Shown here piece by piece: positions 22,553 through 33,912 of a DNA stretch of 64,000 bases (position 1 is its first letter; each line of letters starts with the position of its first letter). The translations under genes were made by a program, and so were the position numbers. The stretch covers positions 48,670,001 to 48,734,000 of the forward strand of contig OZ076416.1 in assembly GCA_964187785.1 (NCBI GenBank), given 5' to 3'. The notes under the pieces were generated by a model that saw only the letters and a program-made list of their open reading frames with translations, ran no database searches and was not told the DNA's origin. Source of the stretch: Amphiscolops sp. MND2022. Its lineage: Eukaryota.

Positions 22553-25500
22553 CTGAAAATCAAAACCAAATGAAAAGGTATTTAGCACAAAATGTTCTAG
22601 ACACTCGAAGTCAAATTGAAAAAAGATACACGGGAAATTTCGATGTGCATTGAGAATGAGGAAGATGCCTGATAAAAAACGTATTCTGATTTATTGTATT
22701 AGCCATTAGTCCAAAGTGTAATTTTAAAAAATATCACAGGAGCGAAAACTTGAAGAGTAACTGAAAGTATTAAAAAACTAAGATGGGACCTTTTATACTC
22801 ATCTAGTTTTGTACAGCAACTTTTGTAATGAAATGATTGGACTATGTTATCAACTTATTTTATTTAAAAAATCAAAACTTTTGCATGCGCTGTAGATACG
22901 AAATGAGGTCAGTAAAATTCTGTATTTAGTGGCCACTGAAGGTTTATGTGTGGCTCAAGAATGGAAAGAGAAACAACAGGAACGTCTCAAGGAAGCGCCA
23001 GATTAAGGCTCGGAAAGTTTCCTGACTCAGGAACGTTTTTCGAGAAGAAAAAAGAAATCACAGTGTCAAAAAATTTTCAGAGGGATCCCTTGAATTTGAA
23101 TTTATCTGCTATTCAATGACAAAAAACACAGGCTAATACAAACCATATACAATCATCGAATAACAGAACAGACTTCCAAAGGCATATGCCCGCTTAACGG
23201 AAGCCTGACAATAAGTAATACATAGCAAATCATAAAAAAAATTTGAGGAATGTCAATTTTTTTTAAATGAATTTTTAAATTTTTTAATTTTTTAAAAAAT
23301 TTTTTAATTCAAATAAAGTAGGTAAGGAACCGTTTGATACTTCGCATTTAGATTTTTTTTTATACAAAGGGGATACAGATGCCTTGTGTGGTGAACTTGG
23401 TGTCTACTGGGAACTCCCACGGAAAACCATGCAACCCAAATGTGAAGAGTGCAAACAGTGCCTACTTCGTGTATGGTTCATTACAAGGGAGAACCCAGCA
23501 GACACCACATAGTGCAGGCTGGGCTAGAACTTGAAAAAATCCAAAATTGGAAACATAAAAAACAGAGGGAGCGTTTAACGATGGAAAAATCCGAAAAAAG
23601 TAGCACAATGCCGAAGAATATACCAATCGGATCTTTGAGCGAGAGTCTGTAAAAAGCGAACCATTCAATACTAGCTCCCAAGTCTGACAAGAACCTAGTC
23701 AGCGTAATAGTCGGGAACGTTTTATTGAATGCGCCCAATAAATGCCCAACTTTTGCTCCACAAGCATGGACTAGAAAGACCTATTCTATTCAATGGAATT
23801 AATTGAAAAACTCACTTGTGTTGCCCATGCATAAATAATGAAGCTTCTTCAGCGGAGACATTTGGAACTTGTCCCGAGGCGAAGGCTTGTTTGACATCGG
23901 CAACAATTTGAGCTTGATGCAACTTCTCCCATTCCTGTTCATTGAGTGTGAGAACCCTGTCAGGATCCTCTTTCAACGCCGCCATTCTTCCCTTGTTCAC
24001 TCGCAACACGGTAGTCTGACCGGAATTATCTTCTACCATGCCATTCCCAGTCGAGTCCATGCCACTCATATGACTAGTGGGGGCTGTCATCTGCTGCTCA
24101 CCGTCATTTTCATTGGGTGACATCATTGAATTTAGCCCATTCTGAATTCCACTCATATCCAAACTGTACCTCAGCTTATTCTCCAAACTCTTGCTTTCGA
24201 TTTTAGAAGATTCCAATTCTTGTCTTAAAATTCGAATGGTTTCCATCTGCTTTGACTTGTCATCATACTGTTCCTCCAGAATCTTCTTCGTATTTTCAAG
24301 TTCGTTCTGCAGAACATTTCTTTCATGCAATACCACCATGCGCTCTTTCAAATGCAGCTGAAGTCTTTCATTCGACTCTGCCAGAAGTTTATCTACAGTA
24401 GCCGTGAGTCTCTGGTTATGTTCCTCATTCATTTTTTCACGTTGTCTTCCTCGGTCCAACTCCTTTCTGCTCTCTTCCAACTGGTCCGTCATTTGCTGCA
24501 ACTGTTCTTCGATTGTCCCTTTTTTCAACTGAATTTGATTCAACGCTTGAGTTTTTTGCACCAACTCGGCTTGTACTTCCGGTAAGGTTTCCACTCGTTC
24601 GTACATTTGACTCATGTTTGCTTCGCTTTGAGTCAAATCTTCCTGCAGTTTGTCAACTTTCTCTTCCAACAGAGTGACGGTGTTGTTACGATTCTGGAGT
24701 TCATCCGTTAGTTTATCCAACTGGTCATGCAGTTGTGTGCTCTCGCGTTGAGTATTGAGGTATCGCTTCTCCAAAGTGACAATACGTTTTTCCATATCTT
24801 CTTTCTGGGCAATTGACTCGTGGTAGTCTCTGTAGTATTTGTTTTTATCTTCAATAGCTTGTTTCTGTTCACGTTGAGCAGTATTCAGCTGCTCCGAAAC
24901 TTGAGACAACATTGCAGAAGTTTCAGCCAACTTCTCTTTTGTTTCAACCAACTCCTTGTCTTGGCTTTCCAAAGCACTCTGCAACTTTTTAACCATGTCT
25001 TGATCTTTAGGATCAACGGGACCATTAATGATGGGGGTTATTTTGCTTTGTTCTAATGCTATTCTCAACTCTTCCTTCTCTCGGCGAATTCTGCTACATT
25101 CATCATCCAACTGTTGGCATTTCTCGAACGAAGTCTTCAACTTTTCCCTCATTTTCTCATCCAGCGCTTTGTGATGTTCGAATAGACTTTTCAGAGCTTT
25201 AAGAACTTCTACTTCGCTTGAAACACCGCCAGAGTTTTGCGTTTGCCTTTTAACAACGGTCATGCGCAGAGACCGTTCATGCCGCGACACTAAACATTCC
25301 AGATGTTCTAATAGCAAGCGAGTATTATTCCTTTCGGCCTTCAGCTCTCCTATTTCTTCCTCCTGTTCATTGACTTTCTTCTGCATATCATTCAAGTTTT
25401 TGGACAGTATTGAGACATCTGGTGTTTGCGTGAGCTCCATTTGGTTCTTTAGGTTTTCGTTCTCTTTCATTGCGTCTTCCCAATGCACTTTGTACGTTTC

Positions 25501-26328
25501 GCATTGATCTTGCGTGGCTTTCAAGTGTTCTACTAATTTATCACGTTCATCCAACATTGTCATCATCATGTCTTCCAGACTAGCTTTATCGCCTGAAAAG
25601 ATAATGTTTACCAAAACGTTATACGTAAACATATATTACGAATGACTCATGACGTCAATGATGTCACTGGTATCATGCAAACATCTTTCTCAAAGGTGAA
25701 AGAGCAGGCTGTATTTTATAATTTTTATCAAGGGACTTTTTTCGAAGAAACTGGAACTCCAATAATCCATGTAGTTGTCGTGCAAATCCAATGTCATAAC
25801 ACAGGGAGTCACTCTCCCAGTGATGCATATATCACGAAGTCCTGATAACAATAATATCAACGGAGATTTAAATTATTCACTAACTTGCCTTAAAATGAAA
25901 AGTTGTATAGCTTTTTCCGAGTGAAATCAATATACACCGATAAAAACGAACCAAATTACAAACTTGACATTGTGAATTTAGACTAGGTTAGGTACTGACT
26001 CAACCCTTAACTAAGAGTTGGAAAACAGGTTCAAACAGACTCAAACAAAAAATCTTGGCGATATTTTCCAGTCAAATACTAAGTCATGAATTGGTATCAA
26101 AACACGTGTATTAAAAATGGAAAAACATTGCCTGTTAATAGCAAACACTTTACCTGTTATAGCTCCAGGGTCCTCGCATATCGTTGGCATTATATCGCAA
26201 GTCATCGTCTCGGAAGGAGAAACATCACAGCAATCAGGGGGTGCTTCCTCAATTTCTCCCCCATCTGCAACCGATACATTGCTGATGGCCAGAGGAGCAG
26301 AGGGAGCGATGTTACTGGTTGAAATCAT
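20845..26328 (-). CDS. PPFIA: Liprin-alpha (PTPRF-interacting protein, SYD-2); complement(join(20845..22552,23816..25592,26154..26328)), about 1219 aa
   Basis: N-terminal [12 protein letters not shown] (conserved start at 26205); LH1 [48 protein letters not shown]; coiled coils; three SAM domains ([50 protein letters not shown]..). Phases 1 and 2 match; total 3660 nt. Confidence 0.95.
22968..23720. repeat. Degenerate CAAG-TIR family remnants in liprin intron 2
   Basis: Eroded terminus aacaacaggaacgtctcaaggaagcgccagattaaggctc near 22970-23010; minus-strand cccgactattacgctgactag and ggcattgtgctactttttt near 23550-23720. Confidence 0.45.
23816..25592 (-). CDS. PPFIA: Liprin-alpha exon 2 (coiled-coil region)
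   Basis: ttttcag|GC; MLDERDKL..; [29 protein letters not shown]; AA|GTGAGT. Confidence 0.95.
26154..26328 (-). CDS. PPFIA: Liprin-alpha first coding exon
   Basis: [12 protein letters not shown] motif; G|GTAAAG donor; acceptor tttcctgtag at 26354-26355. The start may be 26328 or 26205. Confidence 0.85.
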
Positions 26329-26509
26329 TTCAGGGGTTAACCAATAGCTCACTCTACAGGAAAGTGAACATCGAACTGAAAATGGAGACAGTTTCTGCCA
26401 AAAACCTTCCAGAAAAATTTACTTTAGGGCAATATATAAATGGTACAAGTAGAAGTATTAAAAATAAACTTAAACAGAGCGCCAACGGGGACACTGTACA
26501 AGTATTGCT

Positions 26510-26810
26510 ATGACTGAAAGACCATTTTTGTATTACCAAAAATACTTTCTCAACTTACTTCCTGCATTCAAAGACCAGGTGAAATTACCAAATATCAATT
26601 GCACTGTAAACAAGAGAACTAAAATTCGGAAACTGTATAGCAATGCTGGATCAAAAATACTGAAGGATTCTTTTGCGTTCTTTACAATTAGAAAATTCAA
26701 CGCTCTTCCGCTTGCACTGCGGCAACTTGACCAAAGTAAAACATTTTGCTCGAAACTATCAAAACACTTACTGAAGACATATAAAAATAGCAGAGCGATC
26801 GAATAACATG
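26510..26810 (+). mobile_element. 3' fragment of a LINE (CR1/L2/Jockey-like) ORF2
   Basis: SFAFFTIRKFNALPLALRQ..KTFCSKLSKHL matches the 'SF..R....WN.LP......F...L...L' C-terminal LINE motif; AT-rich tail follows. Confidence 0.55.
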
Positions 26811-27308
26811 TAACAAACAAATTAACTGTGCTTCCCATTATTAATAATTCATATAATTTATGTTAAATTTATACAATCATGTAACAATCAGGTGACAATG
26901 TAATTCATGAATTTCCCTCAAACTACATATAAACTACACTATTCGCCTAACAGTTTTTGTATAACTGATATTAAGCCGAAAATAAAGTGTTTCTCCTCCT
27001 CCTCCATAAAACGCAGGAGCATCACATGACAACAACGTCAGCCAAAAAGTTTGGTTTTAATTTGTAGCAACATTTTCCCGAGTTTTTTCACCTAATTTTC
27101 ACACAGCTTAGTTTGCAGTAGATAGTTTAGCAGGAATTTTCCCAGATTTTTCAATTCTTGACATTCTAGTTCAATTCGTAATCCAGGTACAAAAGCTAGA
27201 ACTTCGAATGAAAATAAACATTTTATTTAAAAGAGCAACTTCCACTTAACTTCATTTTCGCGAAATACCTATCAAACTTTCAAAACATATGAACTTACTT
27301 CAGCAGAC

Positions 27309-27960
27309 ATGAACTGCAAAATAATCCAAGATAACATTACAGGACAAAACTATCACAGTTTCGAAGAACTGAACAAAGATTTGGACGACATCCAACCACA
27401 AATTGCCGTTGTGGAAGAAACACCCAGGGACGTGAAAAACATGGAAGTGAAGAAGTACACGGTTGAAAACAAGGTCTATCGATCGATCCTCAACTCCGTA
27501 AGCAACGAAGATGGTAAAGTTTTTTGTCTTCAGGCACCTGGTAGATTAGGCAAAACGTACTTGCTTAATATCAGTCTGACAAAAAATAGGTTCAATGGGA
27601 AAGATAGAAACAGCGCTCTCAGGAATCACAGCTACATTACTGACTTGTGACTGAACACTCCACTCTCGATTGAAAAATCTTAACATAAAAGAGCACTCTG
27701 TTTGCGGTTTCAGCCGACGCGATTCAACAGGATTTATGCAACGCACCAGTCTCGTTATTGACGAAATTTCGATGGGTCAAAAACGTCTTTTTGAATGTGT
27801 AGATCGATCATTGCAAGATTTTAGAACATTTCTTCACCATTCGGTGGCCTGATTGTCGTTTTGCCAGGCCACTGGTTGCAAATAGTTCTAATAGTGCAAT
27901 TGGGTTCGCGACATCAACATGCAGAGGCTTCTCTCAAGCCTTCATATTTGGCCTATTCAG
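27309..27960 (+). mobile_element. Helitron Pif1-family helicase fragment (motifs I-III)
   Basis: FCLQAPGRLGKTYLLN (motif I), LVIDEISMG..LFECVDRSLQD (motif II), PFGG.. (motif III); frameshifted. Confidence 0.8.
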
Positions 27961-27968
27961 TAATTTAG

Positions 27969-28690
27969 TGCGTTCCATTTGCACTAAATTAGACGAAGGT
28001 AATGTTAAGGGTCACAAGTCACTTGGCTTAAAGTCATTTGGCTTAATTTTTTCGTCGAGTCATTTGGCTTAAAAATTTTAAGCCAAGTGACAAAATTGAG
28101 CCAACTCCATTCCAACTCACGGAATAAATAAGTCAACTCCCGGAAATATCATAATGTGGGGCATATGTGGTGTATGCACGCTCGCCCTCACCGTCGCACA
28201 GACCAGCTCCCACTACGATCGCTTCGCGATCTTCGTTCCCGCTAGGTCTTTGCTCCTGTTCGACCTCGCTTAGCAAGATAGGAACATAAGCGGCCCCAAG
28301 GGGCCGCAGGGCACTAGAGGAAATGGGGACGTATCCGAGGGGTACTTGATATGACTTGTTATAATAATACGCTGACTACGTTATAATGATAAATTCGACA
28401 AAAGCTGCCGTGTTTTCAACTAAAAGGTTTTAGGTCAAATGACTTTAGGCCAAGTGACCAATACCCGAGACATTTAGCTTTGAAAAATTAAGCCAAGTGA
28501 CCAATTGCATCAAGCCAAATGACTTTAAGCCAAATGGCATTAGGCCAATATACCATTTACCATGTTAAGGCCGGAATCACAATGGCAATAGGCGACAAGA
28601 TTGCAGATTTCGCGGTCGACAACTACGCTGCCCTCAAGCTGAAACATCCGCAGAGGGAAACTTGCTCCCTTCCGGACCCCACAACCAGCC
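27969..28690 (+). mobile_element. Fragment of the CRE-clade retroelement, split by a MITE
   Basis: 27969-28009 plus 28562-28690 align with 31158-31315 (CTKLDEG.VKAGI.MA.GD..DNYAALK.KHPQRE.CS.PDPT). Confidence 0.8.
28010..28561. mobile_element. 552-bp foldback MITE (GG termini, TTGGCTTAA-type subterminal arrays; Merlin- or Mutator-like)
   Basis: TSD atgttaag (28002-28009, 28562-28569; can also be read as 9 bp); inverted arrays GTCA(C/T)TTGGCTTAA vs TTAAGCCAAGTGAC. Confidence 0.8.
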
Positions 28691-28836
28691 TAATTGTTGT
28701 GATGGGCTTGTTGTTCAGAGATGGCAATGATTTGAATTTGAGACAACTGGAAATCTCTGACGCTGTTTTGTTGGTTTGTCGCTGCAGGGTCAGGGACACT
28801 TCGTCGCTCACATGGGCGAACAAAGGTGGGCGGAAG

Positions 28837-29380
28837 GAATGCAGGTCATTTCGCCTAATGCCATTTCGCCTAAAAATTTAGATGAGTCATTTCGCCTAAG
28901 AAAATTAGGCGAAATGACCAAACAGGAATAACGTCTAAATAATCATGTTTCGAAAAAGGCTTTCTGAAAGCGAAAATATCAAAATGTGGGGCATATGCGG
29001 TGTATGCACACTCGCCCTCACCGTCGCAAAGACCAGCTCCCACTACGATCGCTTCGCGATCTCCGTTCCCGCTAGGTCTTTGCTCCTGTTCGACCTCGCT
29101 TAGCAAGATGGAACATAAGCGGCCCCAAGGGGCCGCGGGGCACTAGAAGGAATGGGACATATCCGAGGCACGTTTTCTATTTTATATCACTTTTTAGTTT
29201 TAGATCTTAAACGATTTATTTGTTTTCCAATTTCATGTGTTTTTCACGTTTCTGAAAAAAAATTAGGCGAAGTGACCAAAGTAAAAGACGTTTCGCCTAA
29301 AAAAAATTAGGCGAAGTGACCAAACACGTTAGGCGAAATGACTTTAGGCGAAATGGCATTAGGCGAAATGACCATTTCCC
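28837..29380. mobile_element. 544-bp foldback MITE (TTCGCCTAA-type subterminal arrays), sister of 28010-28561
   Basis: 8-bp TSD ggcggaag (28829-28836, 29381-29388); inverted arrays GTCATTTCGCCTAA vs TTAGGCGAA(A/G)TGAC. Confidence 0.8.
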
Positions 29381-29499
29381 GGCGGAAGTAGGTCGGAGGA
29401 ACGGGATCGAAAATCAGAGTTAGTCCTCAGGACGACATACCAAATTTTTGAAAGGGATCGAAACAACTCGGATCGAAATTTTTATAACGTAGTCAGATA

Positions 29500-29669
29500 T
29501 GTTCACATACCCCTAGTGCCCTGAATGCAGGAGCGAATTTTATCGTATTTGTTGTATGGCTCGGTCGCTTCGCTCCCTTCGCCAAGTAGCAACATTGAGG
29601 CATGGCCATATGGCACGTCGCTCCGCTTCGCTTCGCTCCTGCATTTAGGGCACTAGTGGTATGTGAACA
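29500..29669. repeat. 170-bp foldback with 38-bp arms (36/38 complementary)
   Basis: tgttcacatacccctagtgccctgaatgcaggagcgaa (29500-29537) vs ttcgctcctgcatttagggcactagtggtatgtgaaca (29632-29669). Confidence 0.8.
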
Positions 29670-29772
29670 TTATTGGCCACTTAGTCGACGGGCCATTTGG
29701 GCGACATTGTTGTCGCCGAAATGGGCTGAAATTTTTGTCGCCCAAATGGCTGCTGACGAAACGTCCCCATTA

Positions 29773-30575
29773 CAGTGCATAGGCAAGCTATTTTGCTGCT
29801 TTTCGTGGTATCCGGGACACGAAATTGAGAAAAGTCGTGGAATCCAGGACAAAATTTCTCTTTCATGTTAAGCGTGTCTTGGATTCCACGACAGTGCTTG
29901 TCCTGGATTCCACGCCAATACTGCTGCTATAATGACACTTTTGCCGCTGCTCTCTGATTGGTCCGCTTATTTTGAGTGATCATTATTGGAAAGGCAGAAG
30001 AACTTAAATTATATCAATTTTATTTCAATGGAAATTGTTTTGATTGACACGAAAAGTCCCAAAGTACGAATGGAGATACTCATGACTGGTACCAAAATTG
30101 CAGAATGTAATCAAATAATGGCAGATTGTGAAGATCTTGCAGTTTGTTCAAAACTGGTCTAAACTTCGAAAAATACGAATTTTTGTGTAATACTGGTGTG
30201 TTAGTCTGAATCATTTTGAGTTAATATCCGAAAAGTAGTGCATAATATTATATTTGTTTGGTCTTCCACTTGAAATTAACTCAAGAAGAGATGCCGCGTA
30301 TCGCGTCAAGCATAAAGTCGTGGAATCCAGGAAGTTTATGATTTCTGCAATCTGATGGGTTCGTTTTGCAAAACTTACGTTTTTGTGGAATCCGGGACAC
30401 AGCGGCATGCCGACACAGCTAAGCTTTTGTTACTGGAATCTACGACATAATCCGTGGAATCCGGGACTTATGACGTAATTTGCCAATTTTGCACGGTTAA
30501 AGGTATGGTCGTGGATTCCGAGGTATTGAAAGCACAAAAGTGTGCTTTGAGCAAATTAAGCTTGCCTGTGCACTG
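29773..30575. mobile_element. Non-autonomous Tc1/mariner-superfamily MITE (about 800 bp)
   Basis: TA|CAGTGCA(T/C)AGGCAAGC TIRs with TA on both sides; many internal GTGGAATCC(A/G)GGAC motifs in both orientations. Confidence 0.8.
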
Positions 30576-30639
30576 TAATGCCTGCCCCGTCGCTGCACTT
30601 GGGCTGAAAGAACCATCACAACTCGGTGAGGTATTTCCA

Positions 30640-33600
30640 TTTTTATTTCATTTTATCAATTCTGTCTGAAGCCCTCAGGGTTGATAGACTGGATAAATTG
30701 TTAGCTTTTGCTACGGTGGGTGCACATAAAATGCGCCAATTTATCAAGTACGGAGGACCGGAGCCTTGCCGTATTTAAATGTAGTAGGTGCTCTTTAGTG
30801 AACAAAACCTCTCAGTTTCAGGATGATAACTTTAGAGCAGACACCCTTTTTATTTCAGGCGTTGTTCCGAACACAAGCGTTTGTGAGTCACTTACAAAGA
30901 AATCCTAAAAGTTCACGGATTCCCCCAGCTCAAAATTTGATACCCAAATTTAACGATATTTGTGAAACCCCGTCAAACATTGCCTTGTGGTGCTTACTGC
31001 TCTCCTCTCTAAGCTATTTTTTGGAAAAACCACCCCGAGGAGGTAAACGTCAGCAGTCATCACTCAGTGCAATTATCAACAATTCGGGATGGTGTCATTG
31101 ATAAAAAACCGAAACGCGACAGAAAACCGCAGCAGAAAAACGATTTAGATTGACGACTGCGTTCAATTTGCACTAAATTAGACGAAGGTAAGGTTAAGGC
31201 CGGAATCAGAATGGCAGTAGGCGACGACAAGTTTGCAGTTTTCACGGTCGACAACTACGCTGCCCTTAAGATGAAACATCCGCAGAGGGAATCTTGCTCT
31301 GTTCCGGACCCCACAGATATCGATTCTTTTTCAACCTTAGAGTTTTTCGTACACAAGGCTCTCATGTCCTTCCCCAACGGCTCTAGTGCATGGTTAGATG
31401 GCTTTTCGCCCTGAATTTGGAATGATTTGACTGCCAAGTCGAACGGGCAAATTGGTCTGAATTTTATCAGAGCATTAACAAATCTTGTGAATGTGATTCT
31501 CGAAGGAAACGTACCATTCGAACTTCGGCCGTACTTTTTTCGTGCGAAATTAATTGCCGTAAAAAAAGCCCGATGGATGACTTCGTCCTATCGCTGTAGG
31601 CAATACTTTCCGCCGGCTGTCCGCAAAATGTGCCGCATACCATGTCTTCGAATCACGTCAAGCAGGATATGGAAATCGACAAGAAGATATAGGCACCAAA
31701 AGGGGCGCTGAATTGGCCTCACATGTTTTCCGTTGTTTGACAGAAAGCCCTCAGCCCAAAGAAAACGTAATTTTGAAAATTGACTTTGAAAACGCTTCCA
31801 ATTGGATAAACCGGCAATTCATGCTAGAGAAAGTTTTTGAAATACACCCTGAAGTTTATATGTACTCACACTCGGCGTACAGTCAGCCAAGTTTTCTTTT
31901 TTACGGTGATTCAGTAATCAAATCTTGTGAAGTGACCCAGCAAGGAGATCCTGAGTCTCCAGCTTTATTTTCGGATTCCATTCAGGATCTGAGTGACAGT
32001 TTGGAGTCGAAATTAAACTGATGCTACCTTGACGATGGAAATTTAAGTGATGATTACAGAACTGTTTTGAAAGATCTCAAAAAAATTGTTGCAGCTGAAA
32101 AAAAGCTGGGACTCAAAATTAAACCCACGAAATGTGAATTTTTTCCCTGTTGACATCACTGAAAAACGACAATCGACAATTCTAGCATTTTCCAAAAACT
32201 TTGCCCCCGGATCAAAACACCAAAGAAAGATGAAATTGTCATTCTCGGTTCACCGGTCGGCCCAAAATCACAAGCAGAGTTATTGGAAAAGAAAATTAAT
32301 GAACTGGAAAAAGTTAATGGGATTGTTGAAAAACTAGATGCGCACTATGGTTTTCTATGTTGAAAAAGTGCTTCAGTTTTCCAAAGTTGTTGTACTTCCT
32401 GAGAACCAGTACATGTTTCAATCATCCAGCCCTCTTGGAGAAACATGACAAAACTGTACGCGACGGTTTCCAAAGTGTGTAACGTGAACTTCGATGATAT
32501 TTCGAGTACTCAGCTTGCTTTGCCTGCTGAGATGGGTGGTCTTGGACTTTCATCCGCATCATTACTAGCGCTTCCCGCCCTTCTCGCCTCAGCTTTTGGA
32601 GCGAGTGACTTTCTCACGACGAGTTTCTTGGAAACATTCGAAGATGTTTCGTTTACCAAAGCGCTTGAGAAGTGGTTGAGTTTGACGAATGAACAGGAAA
32701 GTCCTCTCGATGGAACTCAGAAAAATTGGACACAACCTATCGTCAAAACAGCCCAAGATTTGATTTTTAGAATGGATGACAAACGTTCGAAAGTTTTTAT
32801 TGCACATCAAGGCAAATTCGGGTCTTAATAGCTGAACGTCGATCCTTGCAAGAACCTAGGCCTGAAATTTGATGATCAGCAGCTTCGAATTTCAATTGAT
32901 TTGATTGATTTGCGTCTCGGAGCCAACATCTGTGTTGCGCATTCGTGCCACTGTGGTAAAAGAGTTGAACGGGACGGTTTACACGGTCTTGCTTGCACCA
33001 AGAGTGCTGGTCGCTTCTCACGTCATGCTACTCCCAATTCTCTAATAAAGCAGACGTTGGGATCTCTCGACTTGCCTTCAATGCTCGAACCACGTGAACT
33101 GTACCGAATGGATGGCAAGCACCCAGACGGTGTTACCATGATACTTTGGAAAATGGGTAAACAGCTGGTGTGGGATGTCACGGTTGTGGATGTTCTTGCA
33201 ACCAGTCGCCTAAATTGAGGCTCTGTATGCAACTCGGGAACCACCGCCACCGAGGCTGAAGCGCGTGAAAATGAAAAGTATCGCGAATTAATAGAAAATG
33301 GATACATTGTTCAGCCTGTGGCCTTGGAAGTACAGGGTTTTTTAGGCGAGAGCAGTGAAATTTTCATCACGCGTCTCCGTAAAAAACTCTGTCGTTCGCA
33401 CGACGATCTACGAGCTGGCAGCTTTTTGAAGCAACGGATTTCAATGGCGCTTCAGATCGGCAATGCGGCCTGTGTTCTAGGAACTGTGAGCGACAGAGAT
33501 GCGTTCGAAGAAATTTGTTACACATAGCTATTTTTCAAACCTCTATATCATTGCAGCTTTAAAAGAAAATTTTACTGGTCGACTTCGATAGTGGCTGGTA

Positions 33601-33776
33601 TGAGTAGTTTGTTAGTTGTTTCTTCTAGCTACTGGTCTACTGGGATAGTGGCTGGTATGGGGTTTCCTACTTTCGTTGCAGACCACGGGAGTGTGTCTTC
33701 TCCCCCCAACATGATGATACACATGGAACTTGATTGATGACGAAGAACCATGATATCAGATAGAGAAACAAAAAAA
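30640..33776 (+). mobile_element. CRE-clade non-LTR retrotransposon (PHD-like finger, RT, CCHC, restriction-like endonuclease), decayed
   Basis: SFPNGSS..DG..P; GLRPIAVG.T.RRL (frameshifted); LKIDFENA.N; QQGDP.SP.LF; YLDDG; LP..MGGLG; CHCG..D.LHGLAC..GRFSRH..N; EP..L.R.DGK.PDGVT..W..GK.LVWDVT. Stop at 33527, about 250 nt 3' UTR, short A-tail at 33770-33776. Confidence 0.88.
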
Positions 33777-33912
33777 GTCACAATGACGCCATCTGATGAT
33801 ATTTATCTTTCCACAATCACGAAGCCTCGGAAACAGTTCCCCATCCGACTTGCATTCGGAAAAACTGCAAATGAATCACAAAGTAAATCTTTGTTTAGAG
33901 TTGGAATATTTT
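33777..33912 (+). mobile_element. Helitron Pif1 helicase C-terminal motifs (continuation of 27309-27960)
   Basis: Translates VTMTPSDD..RKQFPIRLAFGKTANESQSKSLFRVGI, resembling R.QFPL.LAFA.T.NKSQGQSL..VG. Confidence 0.72.

Noticed and set aside
21578-25507. Plus-strand ORFs overlapping liprin, RPS19, BRWD, hAT and pol regions
   Set aside because: They are antisense shadows of real coding sequence with no recognisable motifs.
28010-29380. Regularly spaced short repeats resembling a CRISPR array (also 33930-34016 and 45503-45632)
   Set aside because: Eukaryotic context, no cas genes; the repeats are inverted between element ends or lack unique spacers, and TSDs show they are MITE subterminal arrays or a minisatellite.
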